A DNA stretch of 64,000 nt, taken from the NCBI GenBank assembly GCA_026461075.1, contig JAPJNH010000068.1, forward strand, positions 11,047 to 75,046. The letters are read 5' to 3'. The notes beneath the pieces are model-generated. The model was not told where the DNA came from, did not search any database, and saw only the letters and a program-made list of their open reading frames with translations. A program made the position numbers and the translations under genes. Shown here piece by piece: positions 49,923 through 60,308 of the stretch (positions within the stretch are counted from its first letter, which is position 1; every line of letters begins with the position of its first letter). The DNA comes from Chitinophagales bacterium (GTDB lineage Bacteria > Bacteroidota > Bacteroidia > Chitinophagales > CAIODY01).

Positions 49923-50921
49923 ATGTATAAAATCATACTCCTTCTAATAAGTATTTCGTTTTCCATTAAGGTAAATGGAGCTATCAATGATTCTCTAATT
50001 CTAAAAAAAGAAAAGGGAGTAAACATATTTTTTCATCAAGTAGAGCCTCGTCAAAATATCTATCGTATTGCTAAGCATTATAACGTAGCGCAAATTGATT
50101 TAAAAAACTTGAACAAATTGGAGGCCGACTCCATATCGAAAGGACAAATGTTAAAAGTCCCAGTAACGAAGCGAAATTGGATAAATAAATTAGATCAATT
50201 TAGTGATTACAAGAACGGGCAATTTGAAAATTATAAGCCAGAAGAATTAGCGAAAGACACCATCCAACAATTATACTATATCACCAAGGGTACTTGGAAA
50301 ATTTTAGACCTAGCAGAATACCTGCAAATGCCAGAGAGCGCCTTGCGTAAGTGGAATAGACTTGCACAAAAAACTTTGACTGTCGAAGCTAATACCACGC
50401 TCAAAATTGGATTTATTCTAATTAATAAACAACCTATCACTCCTCCAGTAAGTAAAACATCCTTACCAAAGCCCACGGCATCTTTAAATGCGAGCCCGAC
50501 CATAGAACCCCTAAAAAAAGACACCCTGGCACTCGCTCCTGACACAGCAAAGCGAGTGATCGTTGAATCGCAAAACGTTAAAATGCAGCGACTCTATACA
50601 AGCATGTATAAGCCTAAAGATGCGAGTGAAGAAGACGAGATAAAGCAACACGGTCCAGCTTTGGGATTTATTGCAGATAGTACACACATAAATACATTAA
50701 AATCTTATTATGCGTTAAGTAATACTATTCAAGTAGGTAGAGTGGTTAAGGTTATAAATCCGATGAATGAAAAGCTAATTTTTGTGAAAATTCTAGGAAA
50801 AATTCCCGACCTTGCAGAAAATCAACACTGTATAATTAAAATATCTCCTGAAGCTGCTAACGAACTTGGTGCAATTGACGAACGCTTTTTGGTAGACCTC
50901 TTTTACTATCCTAAGAAATGA
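49923..50921 (+). CDS. Secreted LysM-domain protein with an RlpA-like (double-psi beta-barrel-like) C-terminus
   Basis: A signal peptide is followed by a LysM-like segment (HQVEPRQNIYRIAKHYNVAQIDLKNLNKL...MLKVP). The C-terminus (VGRVVKVINPMNEKLIFVKILGKIP...ISPEAANELG) resembles RlpA-type domains. Confidence 0.55.
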   Translation: MYKIILLLISISFSIKVNGAINDSLILKKEKGVNIFFHQVEPRQNIYRIAKHYNVAQIDLKNLNKLEADSISKGQMLKVPVTKRNWINKLDQFSDYKNGQFENYKPEELAKDTIQQLYYITKGTWKILDLAEYLQMPESALRKWNRLAQKTLTVEANTTLKIGFILINKQPITPPVSKTSLPKPTASLNASPTIEPLKKDTLALAPDTAKRVIVESQNVKMQRLYTSMYKPKDASEEDEIKQHGPALGFIADSTHINTLKSYYALSNTIQVGRVVKVINPMNEKLIFVKILGKIPDLAENQHCIIKISPEAANELGAIDERFLVDLFYYPKK

Positions 50922-51640
50922 ACCTCCTACTTGCTCCTCAATATTTAATACCATTTGGATCAAATGAATGGTTTAAAGCTTCTGGTACCACATTTTTATT
51001 AATAGCTTTAGTCGTTGGCGCTGGGTATTTTCTAACGCATTCCAAAAAACATTCTCTAGGTCGCTTTATCGGTTATTTCTTACTAACGGTAGCAATTTCT
51101 GCGCACGTATATTTGGCTTATGTTAACCGATGGACCTTACAAGACTCCTTACCGCTTCATCTATGTGGCATTTCTGGTCTGTTAAGCGGATTAGTGCTGC
51201 TTACTAGAAATCAAATGATGTATGAATGTGTCTTGTATTGGGGATTGGCAGGCGCAACACACTCCTTACTAACACCTGATATGCCCCAAGGAGGAGAAGG
51301 CTATATGTATTTTGAATATTACCTTCAACACGGAGGAATTATCTTAGCAGCCCTTTACGCTACCATTGCTATGGGAATGCGTCCAAGAAAAAACTCATGG
51401 TTAGTTGTTTTTGGATTTTCGCAAATCTTAATGATTGTTGTAGGTACCGCCAATTATCTAATCGGGAGCAACTATATGTTCCTATGTGAAAGGCCACTTG
51501 TCGACAACCCTTTAGTTATCGGCAAATGGCCTTGGTATATTATTTCCTTTGAAGTAGCAGCCATCGTTCATTTTCTATTAATCTATGCACCATTTTGGTG
51601 GATTAACAAGAAGAAAGTGGCTACTGAAATTTCAGAATAA
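50918..51640 (+). CDS. Conserved integral membrane protein (YwaF/TIGR02206-like)
   Basis: 240 aa with about 7 hydrophobic segments. It has an ATGA overlap with the upstream LysM gene. The family call is from memory and weak. Confidence 0.45.
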   Translation: MNLLLAPQYLIPFGSNEWFKASGTTFLLIALVVGAGYFLTHSKKHSLGRFIGYFLLTVAISAHVYLAYVNRWTLQDSLPLHLCGISGLLSGLVLLTRNQMMYECVLYWGLAGATHSLLTPDMPQGGEGYMYFEYYLQHGGIILAALYATIAMGMRPRKNSWLVVFGFSQILMIVVGTANYLIGSNYMFLCERPLVDNPLVIGKWPWYIISFEVAAIVHFLLIYAPFWWINKKKVATEISE

Positions 51641-52072
51641 TTATTCACTCACTTCAATACTATTGATCAAGTCGCCTTGACGAATAGTACTAAGAATTTC
51701 CAAACCAGCAACAACTTTTCCAAAACACGTATGATGACGGTCAAGGTGTTGTGTATTTTGTCTGTTTAAACAGATAAAGAACTGAGACCCTCCTGTATTA
51801 CGACCTCTGTGTGCCATACTCAATACTCCTAAATCGTGGTATTGATTATCCCCTTCTAACTCGCATGGGATACTATAACCAGGTCCACCCGCTCCTGTTC
51901 CATCAGGACAACCTCCTTGAACGACGAAATCAGGAATTACACGGTGAAAACTAACACCATTATAAAATCCAGACTGCGCCAATTTTACAAAGTTTGCTAC
52001 AGTTCCCGGAGCATCCTTGTCAAAAAATTCAATTTGTAAATCACCCTTAGAGGTGTGCATTGTGGCTTTCAT
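51641..52072 (-). CDS. Peptidyl-prolyl cis-trans isomerase, cyclophilin type
   Basis: 143 aa with the cyclophilin signature FHRVIPDFVVQGG and the SMAHRGRNTGGSQFFI block. Confidence 0.92.
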   Translation of the reverse strand: MKATMHTSKGDLQIEFFDKDAPGTVANFVKLAQSGFYNGVSFHRVIPDFVVQGGCPDGTGAGGPGYSIPCELEGDNQYHDLGVLSMAHRGRNTGGSQFFICLNRQNTQHLDRHHTCFGKVVAGLEILSTIRQGDLINSIEVSE

Positions 52073-52081
52073 GAGAAATAA

Positions 52082-52942
52082 TTATGATTGTTTTAATTGA
52101 TAACTTTTCAATGTATTTTGAAGCAAGGAAGTGATGGTCAACAAGCCAACACCACCCGGAACAGGTGTAATTGCAGCACATTTAGGCGCAACGTGTTCGA
52201 AGTCGACATCTCCGTAAATTTTTCCATCCACACGATTAATACCTACGTCAATTATTACAGCACCTTCCTTCACCATATCTGCGGTGACAAAATTTTTCTT
52301 ACCGATAGCCGCAATTATAATGTCGGAGTCGAGACAAACCTCTTTTACATTCGTACTTTTTGAATGCAACATAGTAACGGTAGCATTTCCAGGTTCGGTA
52401 TTTCTTGACATTAAAATACTAATCGGAGTGCCTACTATAAGACTACGTCCGATAACCGCCACCTTTTTTCCAGCTGTAGGAATATTGTAACGTTTCAAAA
52501 TCTCCATAATACCAAAAGGAGTAGCCGGTATAAACGCTTTTGAATTTCCTGCAACCATTAAACCTAGATTCACTGGATGAAAGCCATCCACATCTTTTGA
52601 AGGATCGACTGCTTCAATAATTTTTGATTCATCCAAATGCTTTGGTAATGGCAATTGAACGATATAACCATCCACACTATTATCCTTGTTCAACTTTTCA
52701 ATCAATTCCATTAAATCCGACTGACTGGTTGATTCATCCAAAATAAACTCGGAGGAACGGATACCTATCGATTCTGCGTGTTTTGCCTTAGACTTAACGT
52801 AGGTTTGACTAGCAGGGTCTGAACCAACTAAAACAGCGACCAAATGGGGTGCGCGTTTCCCTTGCGCAATAATATTATCTACCTCACTTTTTATTTCTGC
52901 CTTAATCTGAGCAGCTAAGAATTTACCGTCTAAAATTTGCAT
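52082..52942 (-). CDS. folD: Bifunctional methylenetetrahydrofolate dehydrogenase / methenyl-THF cyclohydrolase
   Basis: FolD-like throughout (YVKSKAKHAESIGI, GRSLIVGTPI, PVPGGVGLLT). I prefer the start at MQILDGK. Confidence 0.92.
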   Translation of the reverse strand: MQILDGKFLAAQIKAEIKSEVDNIIAQGKRAPHLVAVLVGSDPASQTYVKSKAKHAESIGIRSSEFILDESTSQSDLMELIEKLNKDNSVDGYIVQLPLPKHLDESKIIEAVDPSKDVDGFHPVNLGLMVAGNSKAFIPATPFGIMEILKRYNIPTAGKKVAVIGRSLIVGTPISILMSRNTEPGNATVTMLHSKSTNVKEVCLDSDIIIAAIGKKNFVTADMVKEGAVIIDVGINRVDGKIYGDVDFEHVAPKCAAITPVPGGVGLLTITSLLQNTLKSYQLKQS

Positions 52943-52975
52943 AAACAAAGATAAGAAAGGACTGTCGTTGAAGAC

Positions 52976-53983
52976 TTACTTTTTCAAATTAAAACTCGCA
53001 AATACAGCCATATGATCACTGTATCCTCCCAAATATTTTTTACCAACGTAGGTACGTAACGGAGCACCTTTGTACTTCCCTTCAGGTTCTAATACATAAG
53101 CAGGCTTGAATATCATTGCGCTATTAGCGATATATGAAATTGGATTGCTCGCATTCTGCACACAGGGAGCATATAAGATCTGATCAAAAAGATCCCATTG
53201 ATTGTTAAAATAAATAGACCCCTCTCCTTTTGCTTGCATGTCTGAAAACGGATTTACAAGTCCTAAATTGGAAGCATTCATTAAAAGCTGAGTCATAGAT
53301 TTATCACTAGGTTCATCATTGAAATCACCCATCGCAATAACGGCAACCGTTGGATATAAACGTTCCAATGAATCAGCTATTGCCTTAAGTTGTTGCCCAA
53401 CAAATACACGCTTCATCTCACTTTCTGCGGCACCTCCTCTTCTCGAAGGGAAGTGATTCACAATAAAAAATGCTTTAGCATTATTTTGATTCAAAGTCAC
53501 TTCAACCACCAAAATATCACGGGTACGCGTAACAGTGTCAAAAGGAAAACGTATTCCATATACTTTTGAAGAATTAACTTGCATAGTGTTTTTTTTGTAT
53601 AAAAAACCTACATCGATTCCTCGTTTATCCGGAGAATTGTAATGCACAACACCATAGTTCGCGGATTTAATTGCGGACTCCAAAACAAGTTCATTTAATA
53701 CTTCTTTATTCTCAATCTCTGACAACCCAATAGCATCAGGATCAATTTCATGAATCACTTGCGCCAAATGTTGTTTTTTCTGATTGAAGCGAGTCGAGTT
53801 CCAATTAGCTGCAGCACTTGGCAAAAACTCCTCATCATCTATGGTCGGATCATTTATGGTGTCGTAATAATTTTCACAGTTATAAAACGCAACTTTAAAG
53901 GATTTGTAACCTTTTTTTGCATTGGCAAAACTACCATTAAAAACTAAGCTAAAGGCGATCGCCAAAGTGAGTATTCTAGACAT
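52976..53983 (-). CDS. Secreted endonuclease/exonuclease/phosphatase (EEP) family protein
   Basis: 335 aa with a signal peptide and EEP motifs (LSEIEN, GDFND, C-terminal SDHMAV). Confidence 0.7.
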   Translation of the reverse strand: MSRILTLAIAFSLVFNGSFANAKKGYKSFKVAFYNCENYYDTINDPTIDDEEFLPSAAANWNSTRFNQKKQHLAQVIHEIDPDAIGLSEIENKEVLNELVLESAIKSANYGVVHYNSPDKRGIDVGFLYKKNTMQVNSSKVYGIRFPFDTVTRTRDILVVEVTLNQNNAKAFFIVNHFPSRRGGAAESEMKRVFVGQQLKAIADSLERLYPTVAVIAMGDFNDEPSDKSMTQLLMNASNLGLVNPFSDMQAKGEGSIYFNNQWDLFDQILYAPCVQNASNPISYIANSAMIFKPAYVLEPEGKYKGAPLRTYVGKKYLGGYSDHMAVFASFNLKK

Positions 53984-54066
53984 ATTTTAATCTTTGCTGT
54001 AAAGATAGAATTTCAAAAGTAAAATGCTAAATTGCTTTGTAATAATAAAGTTAATAAAGCGGCATT

Positions 54067-57000
54067 TTGAAGCATTCACAAATAATTTGGAAAAGCATTA
54101 AATGGTGGTATTTGCCTATCGCAATAGCCTGTTTGCTGTTTCTTCATTTTTATGAAGGCTCCAAATCAATTTCCTCTATAAAGGCAGAACTCGAGAATGA
54201 ACTTCAAAACAGAATCGACTCTGTAGATATCCAATTTAAAAAGCAATCAACCAAAATCACTTATTCCTCCAATATCTGCTATTCGGCACTTTATTATGAA
54301 GACAGTTTAGTTGATTGGAACAATAACAAATTTATACCAGCAATAGCCGAAACCATCAACGATACTATTCTAAAACAAGGCAATTCTTGGTATTATACCT
54401 TTAAAAGAACATCATCGGACAATAAGCAAGTATTAGTAGGAGCGATTCCGATACTTGAACAACCTTTGATTAATAATAAGTACTTAAAGTCGAATTGGAT
54501 AGTACCATTCCTTAATACCTATCCAATAAATATCCTAGCCTTAAGCGACAAAAAAAAGACAAATAATGGTGCAATAATACAATTAAAGCAAAAGGCTCTT
54601 TTTGAAATTTATTCAGACTCCTCTAAAGAATTAAATCCGAGTGATACACATCGCACCAATTGGGCGATTGTTATTTTAAGCATTCTTTGTTTGGTCATTT
54701 ACGAACTGCCAATTTTTGCACTTTCTAAACGTATTAAAATATTTTATGGCAATTGGCTTAGTCTAATAAGCTTCTGCTTGATTCAAGTATCGAGCTGCTT
54801 ATTTTTCTTCTATAACCAGTTCCCAAAAACTTGGTTTAACAGTATTTTCTTCAATTCTACCATTTATGCCTCGTCAAATTGGTTGCCTAGTTTAGGACAT
54901 TACTTTGCATTACTCTTAATCATCAATCTTATAGTCCTCTTTATATTTTATCATTTACGACATTGGATTCGTTCTCAATCACAACTTTTCATCCCTCTTG
55001 TCCTTATAAATCTTGCCATACAAAGTACTTTTATCTGGTTGGTTCAAAGTGTTTTTACAGATGCCAACTTCAATATTCTAAATCCTAATATCGCACTTTG
55101 GGACAAGGTATCACTCGCGACACTCACCTTACTTCTTTTTAGCGCTGTCATTATCTTTATCATCCTTCCTATATCCTGCTTTCCAAGAGGTACATGGGAT
55201 AAAAAGAGAAAAGCCGTTCAATTCCTACACATCGGATTGATAAGTGTTTGCGCCCTAATAATTTTACTTCAAAAAGATTTTAGTTACCAAAATCTATGGC
55301 TGCATTGTGCGATTCATAATCTAATTTTACTGATAGCAAGTGAACTTTTTTATCGATTAAAAAAAGAAGGACTTCAGATTTTTTATGTGCTTTATTTGAG
55401 TATAGTTAGCATTTATTTCTTTAGCACCTTAAACTATCTAAAGAATTTAAAAGAGACCAAGCACAGAGAATATATTGCGCGACAATTAATTAAGGAGGCC
55501 GATCCAACTTTCAAATTTTTAATTCCTGAAATCATTTCAAAAATTGAATCCGATCCAGAATTATCGGAACGATTTCATCACATTTTAGAATTTAAGGATG
55601 AAAAGGCAAGTCTACTACCCTACTTAATTCAATCCTATTTCCAGGGTTATTTCAACCGCTACCAAATTAAGTTTGCATTAAGTACACCTGATTATAAAGG
55701 AGTTTTGGGTACACTCAAAATGAATGATTTAATTTCCTTAGACACCTTAATTAAATCAGGTTTTCCTTTACCAACCACAGACAAAGTATATGAGGTAAGA
55801 AACAACAATTCATTCAATGGATTTATAGCCCGTATTCCTGTTGTTGACAAAAATTATCAGGCCGATATCCTTTACATAACCTTTACACAACCTATTCGAT
55901 TAAATAGAAGACTTTTTCCAGAATTATTGCAAAACGAAAAATGGACCGAGAATCTGAATGCAATGGATTTATCCTATGGCATCTATGATAAGCGAACGCT
56001 GACACAACAATATGGTGCATTAAGCTTCCCAACGAATTATAACGATTCCATTACCAAATTGATTATTGATGCAGAAAACAAAGATGAGAATTTCAAAACA
56101 TTCGCCTATTTCCCGAATGGCGTAGAAAATAAAGGCATTGTGCTCGCGTCACATATGGGCGATTTAATGAACAGTCTTTTTCTTTTCATCATTTTCTACA
56201 CCCTCTGTATGCTAATCTTGTTATTGTTACTGAATCCAGTACCAATGACACATAAGTACTTCCCGCTCAGTAGCCGTTCACTAGGGAATCGTATATTTTT
56301 CGCCAATAGTCTTTTGTTATTAACCCTACTTATCGCCATTGGTATTTTTGGTTATTACTATTTTAATAGACAAGCAGAAATCAATGCAAAAGATAATATT
56401 ATCTCTACCTCCGATAATATTATCAAAGGACTTCAAAACTCCTTATTAACCGAAAAATCCACCCTGACCTCTAACGAATTAAATGATAAAATTCAAAAAC
56501 TTTCTTCCTTATTCGAAACGGATATCTGCCTCTATGATATCGATGGAAAGCTAATTTGCAGTTCACAACCTAGTATTTATGAATTAGGCATTATTGCGCC
56601 AATTATCAATCCTATTGCAAAGAGAGAATTAGAAAAAAATCCAGGCGTGAATCGAATCATCGATGAACAAATAGGAGAATTGCACTTTTCAAGCTTTTAT
56701 GCGAGCCTAGAAATTAGCACCTATCACGTAGGCAAAAAGGTAATTATTGGAATCCCTTATTATAACCGACAGAAGGAAAAACAAGAAAACAATTCAGGAA
56801 TCCTTTTCAAGTTGATAGGCATTTTTGCGCTGTTTTTTGTCTTAACCACCTTATTCAATTACTATTTAAGCAGTCGTATTAGCTCGTCTTTAAAAGTCTT
56901 AGGAAACCGATTGAAAGGCATCAATTTAAATAATGCCAATACTCCTATTGAATGGAAAGAAAAAGATGAGGTAGGCTTGCTAATTGAGCAGTACAATATA

Positions 57001-57723
57001 ATGTTGGAGCAATTAGCGATTTCAGCTAATGCCTTAGCAAAATCCGAACGGGAGACAGCCTGGAGAGAAATGGCTCGCCAAGTTGCGCATGAAATCAAAA
57101 ATCCTTTGACACCGATGAAATTGAGTATTCAATTTTTACAACGTGCCATTCATGATCAAAGAACTGATGTTGGCGAACTCACGCAAAAAACAGCACAGAC
57201 TCTTATTGAACAAATAGACAATCTTTCATTAATCGCAAATCAATTTGGTCAGTTTGCACAAATTAGTTCTAGTCATTTAGAAAGCATTGATCTGATTGCC
57301 GTCATTCATAATTCGTGTAATTTATACCGCAGAAACGAGCACTGCATTGCGATTAACGAACATCATCAAAGTGAGTTCGTAAAGGTTATTGGAAACAAAA
57401 CTCAATTACTCAGTGTGTTCAACAATATATTGTTAAACGCTATACAGGCTATTCCAGAAAACAGAGAAGGGATAATTGAAGTTATCAGCTCCATTCAAAA
57501 AGAAGCCATCCAAATTAGTATTAAAGACAATGGCTCCGGCATTGAAGAGGATAAATTGATGAAAATTTTCGAACCTAACTTTACCACTAAGAGCTCCGGT
57601 ACTGGCTTAGGCTTGGCCATTGCAAAAACAATTATTCAAGCATCTGGCGGAGATATTGTTGCCTATAGCGCAAAAAATAAAGGAAGTGAATTCATCATTA
57701 CACTTCCTTTACTTGCAGAATAA
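54067..57723 (+). CDS. Large polytopic sensor histidine kinase (NtrY-like transmitter)
   Basis: 1218 aa with a TTG start. It has about 12 hydrophobic segments with three extracytoplasmic regions, then a HAMP-like linker, the H-box AHEIKNPLTP and HATPase N/G boxes (NAIQA, DNGSGI, GTGLGLAI). Confidence 0.8.
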   Translation: MKHSQIIWKSIKWWYLPIAIACLLFLHFYEGSKSISSIKAELENELQNRIDSVDIQFKKQSTKITYSSNICYSALYYEDSLVDWNNNKFIPAIAETINDTILKQGNSWYYTFKRTSSDNKQVLVGAIPILEQPLINNKYLKSNWIVPFLNTYPINILALSDKKKTNNGAIIQLKQKALFEIYSDSSKELNPSDTHRTNWAIVILSILCLVIYELPIFALSKRIKIFYGNWLSLISFCLIQVSSCLFFFYNQFPKTWFNSIFFNSTIYASSNWLPSLGHYFALLLIINLIVLFIFYHLRHWIRSQSQLFIPLVLINLAIQSTFIWLVQSVFTDANFNILNPNIALWDKVSLATLTLLLFSAVIIFIILPISCFPRGTWDKKRKAVQFLHIGLISVCALIILLQKDFSYQNLWLHCAIHNLILLIASELFYRLKKEGLQIFYVLYLSIVSIYFFSTLNYLKNLKETKHREYIARQLIKEADPTFKFLIPEIISKIESDPELSERFHHILEFKDEKASLLPYLIQSYFQGYFNRYQIKFALSTPDYKGVLGTLKMNDLISLDTLIKSGFPLPTTDKVYEVRNNNSFNGFIARIPVVDKNYQADILYITFTQPIRLNRRLFPELLQNEKWTENLNAMDLSYGIYDKRTLTQQYGALSFPTNYNDSITKLIIDAENKDENFKTFAYFPNGVENKGIVLASHMGDLMNSLFLFIIFYTLCMLILLLLLNPVPMTHKYFPLSSRSLGNRIFFANSLLLLTLLIAIGIFGYYYFNRQAEINAKDNIISTSDNIIKGLQNSLLTEKSTLTSNELNDKIQKLSSLFETDICLYDIDGKLICSSQPSIYELGIIAPIINPIAKRELEKNPGVNRIIDEQIGELHFSSFYASLEISTYHVGKKVIIGIPYYNRQKEKQENNSGILFKLIGIFALFFVLTTLFNYYLSSRISSSLKVLGNRLKGINLNNANTPIEWKEKDEVGLLIEQYNIMLEQLAISANALAKSERETAWREMARQVAHEIKNPLTPMKLSIQFLQRAIHDQRTDVGELTQKTAQTLIEQIDNLSLIANQFGQFAQISSSHLESIDLIAVIHNSCNLYRRNEHCIAINEHHQSEFVKVIGNKTQLLSVFNNILLNAIQAIPENREGIIEVISSIQKEAIQISIKDNGSGIEEDKLMKIFEPNFTTKSSGTGLGLAIAKTIIQASGGDIVAYSAKNKGSEFIITLPLLAE

Positions 57724-57738
57724 TAAATACTCCTTTTA

Positions 57739-58230
57739 TTAACTTTTCATATTCGTATACTGTAAAGGCATACCAAAATCTTCTGCCTTACATGAACTGA
57801 TTACCTCTTGCAAATCGTCAATTTTCTTGCCATTTACACGGATAATATCATCCATAATCTGAGGCTGCACTTTTAATCCTGCATCCTTAATATGCTTCAC
57901 AATTTTCTTTGCAGTATCGCGATCTAATCCTTGTTTGATTAGGATATCCTTCTTAACCATGTTACCGGATGCATAATGTTCCTTACCGAAATCTAAGCAT
58001 TTAGGATCTATCCCTTGCTTCATCAATTTCGAAATCAATACATCTTGAATTTGACGCATACGCATGTCATCTTCTGTAACAACATGCAAATTTTTATCCT
58101 TCATTTTCAAGTCGATTTCTGTTTTCGAACCTTGAAAATCATAACGATTTAAAATCTCTTTTTTTAAGTTGTTGATGGCGTTATCCAAAGATTGTGCTTC
58201 AACTTCACTAACAATATCAAATGATGGCAT
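57739..58230 (-). CDS. yajQ: YajQ-family nucleotide-binding protein
   Basis: 163 aa with the N-terminus MPSFDIVSEV and full-length YajQ/UPF0234 similarity. Confidence 0.88.
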   Translation of the reverse strand: MPSFDIVSEVEAQSLDNAINNLKKEILNRYDFQGSKTEIDLKMKDKNLHVVTEDDMRMRQIQDVLISKLMKQGIDPKCLDFGKEHYASGNMVKKDILIKQGLDRDTAKKIVKHIKDAGLKVQPQIMDDIIRVNGKKIDDLQEVISSCKAEDFGMPLQYTNMKS

Positions 58231-58242
58231 AGCATTAAAATT

Positions 58243-58274
58243 AAAAAATCCCGGCTCCGTTAGGGAACCGGGAT
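58243..58274 (-). terminator. Intrinsic terminator downstream of the T9SS cargo gene, upstream of yajQ
   Basis: On the minus strand, ATCCCGGTTCC pairs with GGAGCCGGGAT (one mismatch), followed by a T-run. Confidence 0.75.
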
Positions 58275-58290
58275 CTGATATAACAATAAA

Positions 58291-59382
58291 TTATTTTACA
58301 AATTGAAATTTACGACTAACCACTACCTCACCTGCAGCATTACGTACACTAGCAACGTAAGTACCTGTTGATAGATTGCTATCATGCAAATTCATAGCAA
58401 CCACTCCGCTAGCAGCCACCAATGATAATTGATTTACCAATTGACCATTCACAGTATAAATTTCACCGGTATAGTTACCAGCTGTCAAGCCACTTGTTAA
58501 GATAACAGATGCTGAACTTGCAGGAGAAGGAAACACGTTCATGTTAATAGAACTTTCTTTAACCGCAGAAACACCATTCACTGAACTAAATTCACGATAA
58601 CGCGCACTTGTAACATTACCAAATGAGTCTACATCGATTCCAGCAACTTCCAAAGCACTGGTGTTATCCAAGAATAAGTAAGATCCACTCGCAGATGAAT
58701 CCACTTGCACACCTAGCTGCCATCCTAAAAATGGTAAACTAACATCAATTGATTGTATAGAAACATTCAAGGTGTTATTACGAAGACAGTTGTAGGTACC
58801 TGTCGCAGTTGTAACCGAACCCCATGCATCAAAATTATTGTATACACGCTGTGTTAAAGTCATACGAATCGAATCGAGAGTAGGTTGACCAACAGCAGAG
58901 CCTGGCAAGGTTATTGAGAATCCAGAAGTATTCGTATAGCTACTTCCAAAAGTCATTCCTGCTTTAGCTACAATCTGACTTGGATTAAAGTGAATAGCTA
59001 ATGGAGTGCCAGTACCCATTAAATCACCAGAAAACCCTAAAACCTCCAAATTAGTGGTACCTGCTTTCATAAAAGCATAATTTCCGCCACCTTGGTTGAT
59101 AGCGATAGTAGCACCTGGGTAACTAGAAGATAATGGAGCAGCACTCAAAGCAACTCCTGTATTAGTATCTTGAATACCAGTTAGGATTGTCGAGGTAAAA
59201 TTCCAAGTTTGGTTGGGGCCAGCAGCACCCGGTGTAAGTGCACTATTAATCAAAGTATCATTATGCATAATGATACGATCGCCAACTTTCGGAAAAGAAG
59301 AGTTAGAAATGGTAATTTGCGCTTTGCCTGCAAAAGCAACAGCCAACATTAGAGAAGAAAGTATTATTTTTTTCATATTCAT
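58291..59382 (-). CDS. T9SS-sorted secreted protein of unknown function
   Basis: 363 aa with the signal peptide MNMKKIILSSLMLAVAFAGKAQ and a C-terminal Por_Secre_tail-like domain (NVFPSPASSASVIL...GTYVASV). Confidence 0.65.
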   Translation of the reverse strand: MNMKKIILSSLMLAVAFAGKAQITISNSSFPKVGDRIIMHNDTLINSALTPGAAGPNQTWNFTSTILTGIQDTNTGVALSAAPLSSSYPGATIAINQGGGNYAFMKAGTTNLEVLGFSGDLMGTGTPLAIHFNPSQIVAKAGMTFGSSYTNTSGFSITLPGSAVGQPTLDSIRMTLTQRVYNNFDAWGSVTTATGTYNCLRNNTLNVSIQSIDVSLPFLGWQLGVQVDSSASGSYLFLDNTSALEVAGIDVDSFGNVTSARYREFSSVNGVSAVKESSINMNVFPSPASSASVILTSGLTAGNYTGEIYTVNGQLVNQLSLVAASGVVAMNLHDSNLSTGTYVASVRNAAGEVVVSRKFQFVK

Positions 59383-59412
59383 AAATTTAGAGTTTAAAGG
59401 TAAGACATTCCC

Positions 59413-60243
59413 TTATTTTTTTCTGCATATTAACACACCCCAACGGTTATTCTCATGTAAACGCACGATTTCAAAATCCTGTTGGTATACTTGCTTCAAC
59501 TTTTCTGCATCTTCCGCATAAAAACCACTCAAGAGCACAAAGCCTCCAGCTTGCGTTAATTGAACATACATCGGATAATTATCCAGATTATAATTCAAGG
59601 TAATATTCGACAAAATAACATCGAAACCATTGTACTCCTTTGGAACAGCTGTCCCTAAAAAAACAGGAATATCCTGAATTGCATTATTGGCAACATTCTC
59701 AATAGCGTTTTCAACAGCCCATTCATCGTTATCAATAGCGATTGTAGTCGCAGATCCAAGTTTTTTAGCTAAGATGGCCAAAATACCGGTGCCTGTCCCC
59801 ATATCTAAAACCGACTTATTCATCCAATCCATTTCCAACATCATCTCCATCATTCCTGAGGTTGTGCCGTGATGGCCCGTTCCAAAACTCATTTTAGGAG
59901 TCACTTCTATCTGTAAGGGTAAATCAGTTCTTTTGGCATGAAAACCCGCATGCACATAAATTTTATCAGCAACGACCAATGGCTGAAAAGAATCCTCCCA
60001 TTGTTGGTTCCAATTCTCCTTCTGCACCTGCTGCCATTCGAAAGCAGAGTCTGGACAATAGCTCATTATCGCCTCTTCTACAGCCTTTTTCTCCTCTTCG
60101 GTCAAAGTATGAGCTTCAGAAAAAGAGACAGTCAATTGGGTCTCTTCTTGCCAAAATGACTCAGCCCCTAAATCAGGTAAAACAGCGATCAACAATTCTT
60201 GTTGCGCCTCTTCAGATTGAATTATTATTACGTCGTATTGCAT
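59413..60243 (-). CDS. prmA: Ribosomal protein L11 methyltransferase
   Basis: 276 aa with the SAM-binding motif VLDMGTGTGILAI and PrmA-like N-terminal domain and length. Confidence 0.85.
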   Translation of the reverse strand: MQYDVIIIQSEEAQQELLIAVLPDLGAESFWQEETQLTVSFSEAHTLTEEEKKAVEEAIMSYCPDSAFEWQQVQKENWNQQWEDSFQPLVVADKIYVHAGFHAKRTDLPLQIEVTPKMSFGTGHHGTTSGMMEMMLEMDWMNKSVLDMGTGTGILAILAKKLGSATTIAIDNDEWAVENAIENVANNAIQDIPVFLGTAVPKEYNGFDVILSNITLNYNLDNYPMYVQLTQAGGFVLLSGFYAEDAEKLKQVYQQDFEIVRLHENNRWGVLICRKK

Positions 60244-60259
60244 TTCTAAAAAAGGAAAA

Positions 60260-60292
60260 GGTGGAGACAGTAACCATACAACTGCTCCACCT
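60260..60292 (-). terminator. Terminator-like hairpin abutting the prmA start codon
   Basis: On the minus strand, GGTGGAG pairs with CTCCACC (7-bp stem, 19-nt loop), followed by TTTTCCTTTTTT. The U-tract ends 3 nt before the prmA ATG. Confidence 0.45.
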
Positions 60293-60308
60293 TAATTCAC
60301 ACTTTAAC

